A stretch of DNA of 64,000 nt, taken from the NCBI RefSeq assembly GCF_052091845.1, contig NZ_JBQDCO010000008.1, forward strand, positions 16,180-80,179. The letters are read 5' to 3'. The notes under the pieces are model-generated. The model did no database searches and had not been told where the DNA came from. It was given only the letters and a program-made list of their open reading frames with translations. Position numbers and translations under genes: made by a program. Source of the stretch: Marinobacter sp. (lineage in GTDB: Bacteria; Pseudomonadota; Gammaproteobacteria; Pseudomonadales; Oleiphilaceae). Of the stretch, positions 1 to 7,870 are shown piece after piece (within the stretch, counting starts at the first letter, position 1; every line of letters begins with the position of its first letter).

Positions 1-9
1 ATCGTGCTC

Positions 10-573
10 TCAACGCATGGTTTTCAGCGCCACAGTCCATTTTTCCAGCTCGGTCAGCATTGCGGTGGCGGAGGGGTCTATAAGATCGTTGGAATGGAAC
101 ACCTTGTTGTCATCCAAATGATTCCACGCCATGGGCACCATCACACCTTCAACCATTGGCATCATTTTTAAGGTGGTTACCAGCTGGCGAGCCAGAGTTG
201 CTGCACGTACCCCGCCGGCTGCACCGCCATAACTTAAAAAGCCGCACGGCTTATAGTTCCACTCGCTGTAAACGTAATTCAACGCGTTCACAAAGGCCGG
301 GGGTGGGCAAAAGTTGTATTCAGGCGTTACAAATACATAGGCATCTGCTGCATTTACGCTCTCCGACCAGCTTTTGGTGTGTGCGTGTTCGTATATACCT
401 GAACGCGGGTGCTTGGCCTCGTTATAAACCGGAAGGTCGAAATCCGCCAGGTCTACCAGTTCGCAATCAAAGCCGGAGTTGCTTGCGGCAAAATCCCGGA
501 ACCAAGCGGCTACGGATGGGCCAATGCGGCCGGGGCGGGTGCTGCAGATTACGATGTTTAGCTTAAACGCCAT
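10..573 (-). CDS. NAD(P)H-dependent FMN reductase family oxidoreductase
   Basis: 187-aa ORF. The N-terminal segment KLNIVICSTRPGRIG and the length are typical of flavodoxin-fold NADPH:FMN reductases (ChrR/YieF/SsuE class). Confidence 0.75.
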   Translation of the reverse strand: MAFKLNIVICSTRPGRIGPSVAAWFRDFAASNSGFDCELVDLADFDLPVYNEAKHPRSGIYEHAHTKSWSESVNAADAYVFVTPEYNFCPPPAFVNALNYVYSEWNYKPCGFLSYGGAAGGVRAATLARQLVTTLKMMPMVEGVMVPMAWNHLDDNKVFHSNDLIDPSATAMLTELEKWTVALKTMR

Positions 574-624
574 AGAGCAGTGTCCTTATTGGAGAGGAAT
601 ATCAGCTTTAGGCGGGTTATTGGA

Positions 625-1020
625 TCATGGACTCGGGTTTGAGTAAACGGCGTTCCAGTTCCTATGCCGGCATAAAAGCCCAGCCCTGTTCGAATTTGGC
701 CCCATATCCCACACAACGGTCGCCTGAGTATTTGTTTCAATACCTTCCGCCACAACGTCCATGCCCAATTCGTTAGCTATTCGAATCATCAGCGGGATGA
801 GGGCAGCACCCAGACCACCGGCGTCGATATCAAGCGCAAAACTGCGGTCGATTTTCAAAGTGTTGTAGTCCAAGTCTCGCACCTTCGGTAAGTTTGAGTA
901 ACCCGTGCCAAAGTCATCCACTGACAGAGCAAAGCCTTGGTGTTTGATCCACTCCAGGCAGTCTCTGGCTTCGGCTGTATCCAGTTGCTCGTCTTCGGTA
1001 ATCTCGAATCCACATGATGA
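625..1020 (-). pseudogene. EAL-domain (c-di-GMP phosphodiesterase) gene remnant, 5'-truncated and frameshifted
   Basis: The minus-strand frame is open only from 1086. EAL motifs FEITE (~1008), DDFGTGYS (~921), KIDRSF and VVAEGIET are readable. The N-terminal half of the domain and any sensor part are missing. The expected C-terminus AKFEQGWAFMPA* lies in the -1 frame (stop 662-664), consistent with a 1-nt loss in the C-run 700-703. Confidence 0.6.
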
Positions 1021-1222
1021 CCTGCTCCAGATAAATCGGTATATGAATATAATGCTACGGAATAAATCATCTGTGAAATGGGTAAATTATATAAAACAAT
1101 CCCGTAAAATCGATTAATTGGCGAAGCCAGGGTTCGGTTTGAACCGATCTGGTGGTGGATTAGAATGTGCGTTGTTTCCAGGGTGGATCAGCACCAGATT
1201 AATAAAAGCAGGCGGGCAGGTT

Positions 1223-2242
1223 ATGACACATGATTTGAAAGGCCTGTCACCGGCCTACTTTGGTATGGTGATGGCCACTGGCATCATTTCTTTAACGGCG
1301 CATTTCCTGGATTTTGAGCTGGTGGCGCACAGTCTGTTTTATCTGAACCTGTGCTTTTACGGTGTGTTGTGGGTTGCCACAATTGCGCGTTTTTTGGTCT
1401 ATCGTCGGGAATTCTTACTTGATGTTATAGATCACCTTCGTGGTCCTGGCTTTTTCACCTTACCTGCTGGCTCCAGCGTGCTTGGTAGTCAGTTTATTAT
1501 GCTGACGGATTTTACCCTGGCCGGCCGCGTGCTCTGGGTGATTGCGATTGTTCTTTGGCTGACAATGACCTACACCATATTTACGGCGTTCACGGTTAAA
1601 GAGGAAAAGCCAACTCTGAATAAAGGTATTACTGGCGGGTGGCTACTGGCAGTGGTGGCAACCCAGTCCATTGCGGTGCTCAGTGCGTTAATTGCGGTGG
1701 GTATGCCGCAACCCTACAAGCTTGGGGTTAACTTTTTGGCGTTATCCATGTGGCTATGGGGCGGTATGTTGTACATCTGGATGATGTCGCTGATCTTTTA
1801 CCGCTATACGTTTTTCAAATTCTCCCCGGGTGATCTTGCCCCCCCGTATTGGATAAACATGGGGGCTATGGCAATTTCGACACTGGCGGGTTCGCTGTTG
1901 ATCGTTAACGTGAAAGACGCGCCTTTTCTGGATTCATTGCTTCCTTTTTTGAAAGGTTTTTCGGTTTTTTACTGGGCCACAGGAACCTGGTGGATACCTA
2001 TGCTGTTTATTCTGGGTATATGGCGGCACGTGTACAAGAAATTCCCGCTGGAATACGACCCTTTATATTGGGGTGCGGTGTTCCCGCTGGGCATGTACGC
2101 GGCCAGTACCCATGAGATGGCGGGCGCCCTGGGCTTTCATTTCCTCGATTTCATACCCATCAGTTTTTTCTACCTTGCCCTGCTCGCCTGGTCGGTGACG
2201 TTTTTGGGGCTGTTGCGGTCACTCAGGCCGGCGAGGTTGTAG
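1223..2242 (+). CDS. TDT-family (TehA/Mae1/SLAC1-like) anion/dicarboxylate transporter
   Basis: About 10 predicted TM helices. LSPAYFGMVMATGIISL near the N-terminus is typical of the tellurite-resistance/dicarboxylate transporter family. ATG at 1223 is preferred over the ORF-track start at 1118, because the 35 upstream codons look non-coding and a purine-rich stretch precedes 1223. Confidence 0.7.
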   Translation: MTHDLKGLSPAYFGMVMATGIISLTAHFLDFELVAHSLFYLNLCFYGVLWVATIARFLVYRREFLLDVIDHLRGPGFFTLPAGSSVLGSQFIMLTDFTLAGRVLWVIAIVLWLTMTYTIFTAFTVKEEKPTLNKGITGGWLLAVVATQSIAVLSALIAVGMPQPYKLGVNFLALSMWLWGGMLYIWMMSLIFYRYTFFKFSPGDLAPPYWINMGAMAISTLAGSLLIVNVKDAPFLDSLLPFLKGFSVFYWATGTWWIPMLFILGIWRHVYKKFPLEYDPLYWGAVFPLGMYAASTHEMAGALGFHFLDFIPISFFYLALLAWSVTFLGLLRSLRPARL

Positions 2243-4478
2243 CCTGGGGCGATGGCGGAGCGTCCGGGGCATCGCCGGGCATCTGCTTTTGCATGCGCAA
2301 GCTGTTGAGCAGAACACACAAACTGCTCAGGGACATGGCGATGGCTGCAATAACCGGCTGTACCCATCCGATGACGGCGAGAGGGACAACCAGGGCGTTG
2401 TAGCTTACGGCCCAGAACAGATTTTGCCGCATGAGTTTGCGAGCCCGTTGAGCCAGCAGCAGGGTGTCTGGCACTTTGGCGATGCTTTCGGTGAGATAAA
2501 CGGCAGCCGCCGCGCCTGTGGCGGAGGCTGCATTGCCCACGGCGATACCGAGTCTGGCGCCTGCCAACGCTAAGCCATCGTTCAGACCATCACCTACAAA
2601 CACGGCGTTGGTTTGTTTTTCCAGGTTTTCCATAAAGCTGTGCTTCTGCTCCGGGGAGTAACCTGACATCACGTGCCTGGCCGGGATGCCAAGGCGTTCG
2701 GCCAGTTTCAAGCAGGCATTTCGGGTATCACCGCTAAGCAGGTAAATAGTGTGCCCCTGATGTGCCAATCGCCGGATGGTAGGCGCAGATTCGGGCCTGA
2801 GGGTTTCCTGAAATCCGATTTTTCCGGCATAGCACCCGTTGTGAGCTATGTGGATGTTCATGCCGGTATCTTCGTTGGCGGGCACCTCAATGCCTTGTTC
2901 TCGAAGCCAACTGGCTTGCCCGGCCAATGCGGTGTTCTCGCCGCTGATCCAGCGTGTGCCTGCGCCGGCGATACTTTCCCGGGTGCCTTCTGGCGTTATG
3001 GCTTGGGGCATCTCAGCGCCTGCTCTAAGCCCTCTGGCGACAGGGTGTTGGGAGTCACTAAGAGTGGCTTGCGCCAACTGGAGTAGCGAGCGTTCGGTCC
3101 ATGGCCTGGCGGGGTGAATGTGATCGACACTCGGCTCGCCGGTGGTCAGCGTGCCGGTTTTATCGAAAACAATCGCGCCCACCTCGGCGGCAGCTTCCAG
3201 TGCCGCCGGGTCTCGCAACACGATGCCACGATGGACCATGTGAGCATGGCCCATGGTGATCACCAATGGAATGGCCAAACTCAGTGCGCAAGGGCAGCTG
3301 ATGATCATAACCGCCAGCCCGCGAGCTGCGGCTTCCGGGGCCGGTACTCCCTGAATAAACGCCAGCACCACGGCCACAGCCGCGGCGATTAAAATAACCG
3401 GTAGCAGCACTCGGGCAATACGGTCTGTGAGCCGCTGCAAGGTGGTCTTTCGGCTGAGCAGGGCACTGATGGATCGGGATAGCCGGTCAATTCGGCGTTC
3501 ACCAATACCGGCTGTTACCAGCAGCTCAAGCTCGCCCTCCACTAGCTGGCAACCTGCCAGCATTTCCGCGCCCGACCTCAAGGATTGTGGCAAGTGCTCT
3601 CCCGTTAACATCGACAGGTCCGCCTGGCCTTGTCCATAAATAATCTGGCCGTCCAGAGCCAGTTGCTCACCGGCTTTGAGAATAATGTGTTCGCCGGGGT
3701 GAACGTCGTTGGCGGGGCGGGTTTCGAAGTGGCCGGAGGTAATTTTCAAAGTGACCTGTTCTGGCACATCCTGAAGATAGCGGCGGATAATCTCTGAAGC
3801 GCGCCGGCGCACGCTGGTGTCCAGCAGCCGTGCGATCAGTTGGAACGTGATCAGCATAACGGCTGCGTCAAAATACACATGGTAGCTGCCGGCGGCGAGT
3901 TGCCAAACCGAGATGATACAGGCGGCAAATACCGCGATAAAAATCAGACTATCAAGGCCGGGTGCGCCGGCAATGAGCGTGCGCCAACCTACGCGATAAA
4001 AGTGAGAGCCGGAATAAAGTACCACCGGCATTGCAAACAAACCGCTGGCCAGCGCAAGCGGCCAGAGCACCTCTGGCTCTACCGCACCAAGCGGCGCAAG
4101 GTAGATCAGCAAGGCGGGCATCATGCTCCACATGCCAAAAACCACCGCAACGGCCAGCCGTCTTTGCAAATGCTTGCGCACGGATTCTGCTTGGGATTTA
4201 CTCCGTTCGGCATCAACGGAGCCATGCAGCCGGTATCCCAGGCGAGCCACTGCTTTTTGAAGGTCAGCAAGTGGGGGCTTATCGTTCTCCCAGCATACCA
4301 GGACCACATCGGCGGCAAAGTTAACTGCCGCGTCGCTAACCCCAGGTTGTTTCTTCAGCAGCGCTTCAACGGCGATAGCACAGCTGCCACAGCGCATCCC
4401 CTCAATCATCAGGATATCTTGCTGTTCGGGCTTTTGGTGCCCAGGCGCCTGTTCTGTGCTCTTGCTGCTGTCGGGCAT
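2223..4478 (-). CDS. ccoI: heavy-metal (copper) translocating P1B-type ATPase, CcoI/FixI-like
   Basis: N-terminal HMA domain with GMRCGSCA (CxxC), TM CPC motif (ISCPCALSLA), phosphorylation motif DKTGTLT and hinge GDGLNDG. It sits 1 nt downstream of the oxidase-linked cytochrome c gene. Confidence 0.8.
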   Translation of the reverse strand: MPDSSKSTEQAPGHQKPEQQDILMIEGMRCGSCAIAVEALLKKQPGVSDAAVNFAADVVLVCWENDKPPLADLQKAVARLGYRLHGSVDAERSKSQAESVRKHLQRRLAVAVVFGMWSMMPALLIYLAPLGAVEPEVLWPLALASGLFAMPVVLYSGSHFYRVGWRTLIAGAPGLDSLIFIAVFAACIISVWQLAAGSYHVYFDAAVMLITFQLIARLLDTSVRRRASEIIRRYLQDVPEQVTLKITSGHFETRPANDVHPGEHIILKAGEQLALDGQIIYGQGQADLSMLTGEHLPQSLRSGAEMLAGCQLVEGELELLVTAGIGERRIDRLSRSISALLSRKTTLQRLTDRIARVLLPVILIAAAVAVVLAFIQGVPAPEAAARGLAVMIISCPCALSLAIPLVITMGHAHMVHRGIVLRDPAALEAAAEVGAIVFDKTGTLTTGEPSVDHIHPARPWTERSLLQLAQATLSDSQHPVARGLRAGAEMPQAITPEGTRESIAGAGTRWISGENTALAGQASWLREQGIEVPANEDTGMNIHIAHNGCYAGKIGFQETLRPESAPTIRRLAHQGHTIYLLSGDTRNACLKLAERLGIPARHVMSGYSPEQKHSFMENLEKQTNAVFVGDGLNDGLALAGARLGIAVGNAASATGAAAAVYLTESIAKVPDTLLLAQRARKLMRQNLFWAVSYNALVVPLAVIGWVQPVIAAIAMSLSSLCVLLNSLRMQKQMPGDAPDAPPSPQATTSPA

Positions 4479-4479
4479 T

Positions 4480-5265
4480 TTAGTGTTCCCCGAAAACCTC
4501 CGTTAGCTCGTCTGCAGACCAGCTTCCACGACTACCGAAACGTTCTTTGTGTTTGGCGACTGTGTCCGGGCTGACCTCGCTTGCGTCGTTACCCCATTCA
4601 CTCCGCGCATAGCTCAGCACCGCGGCTATTTCTGCATTTGAAAGTTGGCCGCCAAGGGGAGGCATCATGCCCTGAAAGGTATTGCCCGCCACCTCAATTT
4701 CACCTTCCAGCCCATCATGAACGATTGCGATGGGGATATTGGGGTCGGCCTGCAGCCATTTGCTGCCTGCTAATGGTGGAAACGCACCGGGAACGCCCTG
4801 GCCATTCGCCTGGTGACAGGAGCTGCAGTGGGCGCCAAAGAGCGCTTCGCCATCTGCCTTTGCGGTGCTGTTAGCATCTGCCCCTGAATTCTCTGCGGAT
4901 GCCGTGTCTGGCGCCTCCCCGGCGTCCGCGGTTTCTGCGGTGTCTGAACCCTTTGAAGTCGTGGCGTCCGGTTTACTTGAGCCGTCCGCGCCGGATGCTT
5001 CGTCGGCGGGTGTGCCAGCGCCTTCTGAAGCTTCAGAACTGTCTGAACCTGCAACGTTTGCCGGCTGGGATTGCTGATGCTCAGCCGCAACGGGCGTGCG
5101 ACTGTCCCCTCCTTGCAAAGGCTTGCCGATTTGCCAGGCGTAGTAGCCCACGCCCCAAACAATCAGGATGGCTATATAGGCCAAGACAATCTTTGGAGTG
5201 GTGCGAGTGCCTTCTTCCGGTTCGGGCGCTTCGCGAAACTGAGCGCGCTGATCATGTTCATTCAT
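4480..5265 (-). CDS. membrane-anchored monohaem c-type cytochrome with long acidic low-complexity linker
   Basis: One N-terminal TM helix (IVLAYIAILIVWGVGYYAW), a roughly 110-residue Ser/Asp/Ala/Glu/Gly/Thr-rich linker, a single haem motif CSSCH and a distal Met region (MMPPLGG). It occupies the position where ccoP normally lies. Confidence 0.75.
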   Translation of the reverse strand: MNEHDQRAQFREAPEPEEGTRTTPKIVLAYIAILIVWGVGYYAWQIGKPLQGGDSRTPVAAEHQQSQPANVAGSDSSEASEGAGTPADEASGADGSSKPDATTSKGSDTAETADAGEAPDTASAENSGADANSTAKADGEALFGAHCSSCHQANGQGVPGAFPPLAGSKWLQADPNIPIAIVHDGLEGEIEVAGNTFQGMMPPLGGQLSNAEIAAVLSYARSEWGNDASEVSPDTVAKHKERFGSRGSWSADELTEVFGEH

Positions 5266-5273
5266 GGCGCACG

Positions 5274-5879
5274 TTACTCCTTGGGTTCGTCGGATTTAGG
5301 CAGTGTCGGTGCCGGATAAGTATGGTCAAGAGCGAGCATATATTCGGCCAACGCAAGCGCATCTTCAGTGGCAACAATCTGCCCGGATTCAGGAGCATAA
5401 GGCTCCCGTGGGTAGACCACCTTGTCGCCCTCTGCAGCTTCCTCCACATGGCGGAACAGGAACGGATACGAGGGCATGATGCTGTCTTCGTGAACCGTTC
5501 GGGGGTTGTAAAGGTGCAGTAATTGCCAGTCGATGCTGGGTAGCCGGGCGCCGACGTTGAACAGATCCGGGCCGGTGCGCATGGTGCCCAGCAAGTGTGG
5601 CTGATCGTAAGCGTAGTCACCGGGCACGGAGGGGCGCCCCCAGCCTCTGTCCCGGTCTCCAGGCGCAAAGCTCGGGTCCCGGGGTTGTTGACTATGGCAA
5701 TAAACACAGCCGTTGGCTATATATAACTGCCGGCCACGCTGCTGCTTTTCAGTGTACGGTTTGAGGTCGGGTGGAATCTGTTCGGCCGACATTTGCAGGT
5801 ACGGCATAACCACCAGTGTGAGTGTGGCAAGCAGCAGAATCAGAGCCGCACCTACCATAATTGCGAGAGCGCGTTTCAT
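5274..5879 (-). CDS. ccoO: cbb3-type cytochrome c oxidase subunit II (monohaem CcoO/FixO)
   Basis: N-terminal TM helix, GCVYCHSQQPR haem motif, TGPDL and LYNPR motifs typical of CcoO. ATGA overlap with the ccoN stop. Confidence 0.85.
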   Translation of the reverse strand: MKRALAIMVGAALILLLATLTLVVMPYLQMSAEQIPPDLKPYTEKQQRGRQLYIANGCVYCHSQQPRDPSFAPGDRDRGWGRPSVPGDYAYDQPHLLGTMRTGPDLFNVGARLPSIDWQLLHLYNPRTVHEDSIMPSYPFLFRHVEEAAEGDKVVYPREPYAPESGQIVATEDALALAEYMLALDHTYPAPTLPKSDEPKE

Positions 5880-7492
5880 TGAGTGGGCTCCTTAACTGCA
5901 GGGCGGAAGAGAGTGGGTTGCTCATTGCCAGCGCCACGGCGCATCAGCAGCGCGACAAAGTGGAAGGCAAACACTATGTGCCCCAGAGTCATCAGGGCGC
6001 CACCAATGGTGCGGCCTTCAAGTGCCGGAAGTGTCATGCGAACAATGTCCATGAATGGCATTTCGGCATCGAGCAAAGCCGTGCCTTGTAGCCAGCCGCC
6101 CACGGTCAGTGACACGAAGTAAATCAGAACGCCGATGCTGACCAGCCAAAAGTGCAGGCTGATCAACCTGCGCCAAGGCCACTCCCAATTGGTGAGGCGG
6201 GGCATAATGAAATACACGGCACCAAACAGAATGAAGCTCAGGAAGGCATACATCCCGAGGTGGGCGTGGGCCACGGTGTAGTGAGTAAAGTGGGTGATCA
6301 CGTTTATGCTTCGCAGTGCTTCCATAGAGCCTTGCAGCGAAGACGCTGTGTACATCAATGCGCCGATCCACACAAAACGCAGAGTGGGAGAGTCCTTCAA
6401 ACGCTTGAAATTACCCATCATAGTGCCGTGGTGGTTAATGGCGACGGTAATTACCGGAATCGACATCATTACACTGTGGACGATTGAAAGTGTTACCAGC
6501 CAGGTTGGGATGGGCCCGCCAACCAGGTGGTGAATACCAACCTGGCTGTAGAACAGTGCCAGAGACCAGAACCCTATCAGCGACAGCTGATAGGAAATAA
6601 TAGGCCGGCCGAGAATCTTCGGGATCATGTAGTAGGCGATACCAATGCCAATGGGGGTGACCCACAACCCGAGAACGTTGTGGGCAAACCACCAGTTAAC
6701 CGTAGCGCCGGACGCACCGGGAAAGGTAAAGGGAAGATTGGCAATCAGGAATAGAATCGGGAACCAGACCAGCGCGGCCATTAAGTACCAACTGGTGACA
6801 TAAAGGTGTTCCACCTGGCGATTGGCTGCGGTCAGCAGCAGCGGAATCGCGCATAGAGCACCACCAAAAACAAACAGAATGTCTATCTGCCAGGGGAATT
6901 CCAGCCATTCCTCACCGTCGGAGTAACCCAGAGTAATGGCGACCAATCCAAGGACCAGGCCTATGTTCCAGATAAAAGCGCCACTCACGGCGTACTTTCC
7001 GCCAGCCAGTGCGGTTTTGAAGAGCCGGGGAATCAGGAATAGCGCGACACCAATGCCCGCCATGGAGGCCCAGCCATAGGTGACTGCGTTCAGGTGCACG
7101 GGGCGCACGCGGCCGAAGGTGAGAAACTCACTGGAGACCAGAAATTCGGGAAGGTGCATTTTCAGGGAGGTGACCAGCCCGAAAAAGGAGCCCAGGATCA
7201 GCCAGAAAACAGCGGAGCTCAGCCAGGTTAGCACCGCGGTTCTGGATGACTGATCGGCTGTCCAGCGAGCCTTGATGGCGCTCGCCTGCGCTGAGGTGTC
7301 ACCGGTGAAATCGGGTTTGTCTGCCAGCGCCGGGTCTTCACTGTGACCCTCTTCTCCCGGGGAGAAGATGGTGCGCGCGGCTGACTGGCCATAGCTGAAC
7401 TGATTGTTGGCGATAGACCAGATCAGCAGCAACAGACCTACCGTCGACAGCACGAAGGTAATGATCAGTAGAATGGCGATAGTAGGCGTCAT
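5876..7492 (-). CDS. ccoN: cbb3-type cytochrome c oxidase subunit I (CcoN) with N-terminal CcoS/FixS-like segment
   Basis: 538 aa with 12 or more TM helices. C-family haem-copper oxidase His motifs are present (WWFAHN, GIHHLVGG, TVAHAHLG). The first ~50 aa (ILLIITFVLSTVGLLLLIWSIANNQFSYGQSAARTIF) resemble the small cbb3 maturation protein CcoS. Confidence 0.85.
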   Translation of the reverse strand: MTPTIAILLIITFVLSTVGLLLLIWSIANNQFSYGQSAARTIFSPGEEGHSEDPALADKPDFTGDTSAQASAIKARWTADQSSRTAVLTWLSSAVFWLILGSFFGLVTSLKMHLPEFLVSSEFLTFGRVRPVHLNAVTYGWASMAGIGVALFLIPRLFKTALAGGKYAVSGAFIWNIGLVLGLVAITLGYSDGEEWLEFPWQIDILFVFGGALCAIPLLLTAANRQVEHLYVTSWYLMAALVWFPILFLIANLPFTFPGASGATVNWWFAHNVLGLWVTPIGIGIAYYMIPKILGRPIISYQLSLIGFWSLALFYSQVGIHHLVGGPIPTWLVTLSIVHSVMMSIPVITVAINHHGTMMGNFKRLKDSPTLRFVWIGALMYTASSLQGSMEALRSINVITHFTHYTVAHAHLGMYAFLSFILFGAVYFIMPRLTNWEWPWRRLISLHFWLVSIGVLIYFVSLTVGGWLQGTALLDAEMPFMDIVRMTLPALEGRTIGGALMTLGHIVFAFHFVALLMRRGAGNEQPTLFRPAVKEPTQ

Positions 7493-7651
7493 AGACTGTC
7501 CTATATGATTTGCTGGAAAGATACCTTACGTAGAAGGCATCATTTAGATCCAAATGATTGCAGGTTTTAAGGTTGTATTTACATGTTCCGGGGAGATAAC
7601 GAGGAGTCGGATTACAGTAACGCGACTGAGAAGGCGGGGCGATGGGTGCTC

Positions 7652-7665
7652 TTGTTCTAAATCAA
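7652..7665. promoter_or_regulatory. candidate FNR/Anr box (TTGTT-CTAA-ATCAA)
   Basis: 9/10 match to TTGAT-N4-ATCAA, centred about 165 nt upstream of the ccoN start. cbb3 oxidase operons are commonly FNR/Anr-activated. Confidence 0.3.
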
Positions 7666-7870
7666 GTGTTGGCGGTTGAAGTACCCCGGCGGCTAGCTGA
7701 GCGAGGAAGTCTGAATCATAGGCTGGGGTGCGTTCTGTACCAATCTTGCAAACTGGTCTAGGCTAAAGTTATAACAATAATCTATTCTGCTTGATGCGCG
7801 CAGTATCCGCTTCCAGGCTCGATGAAACGCTCGGCGACATTAGAATAATAGAGCCAAGAGGGAATTTTCG

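Noticed and set aside
2223-2242. Convergent 3'-end overlaps (20 nt between the transporter and the ATPase; 29 nt between the AraC gene and xdhC at 53206-53234)
   Set aside because: Short convergent overlaps of non-conserved C-terminal tails are common in compact genomes. There is no evidence here of functional antisense regulation.
4850-5110. Repetitive-looking GC-rich stretch that could be a tandem repeat
   Set aside because: It is the in-frame Ser/Asp/Ala/Glu/Gly/Thr low-complexity linker of the cytochrome c gene. I could find no exact nucleotide repeat unit.
7545-7558. Second FNR-like sequence TAGAT-CCAA-ATGAT nearer to ccoN
   Set aside because: It matches only 7/10 positions and its half-sites are not mutually complementary. 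That is too weak to report as a site.
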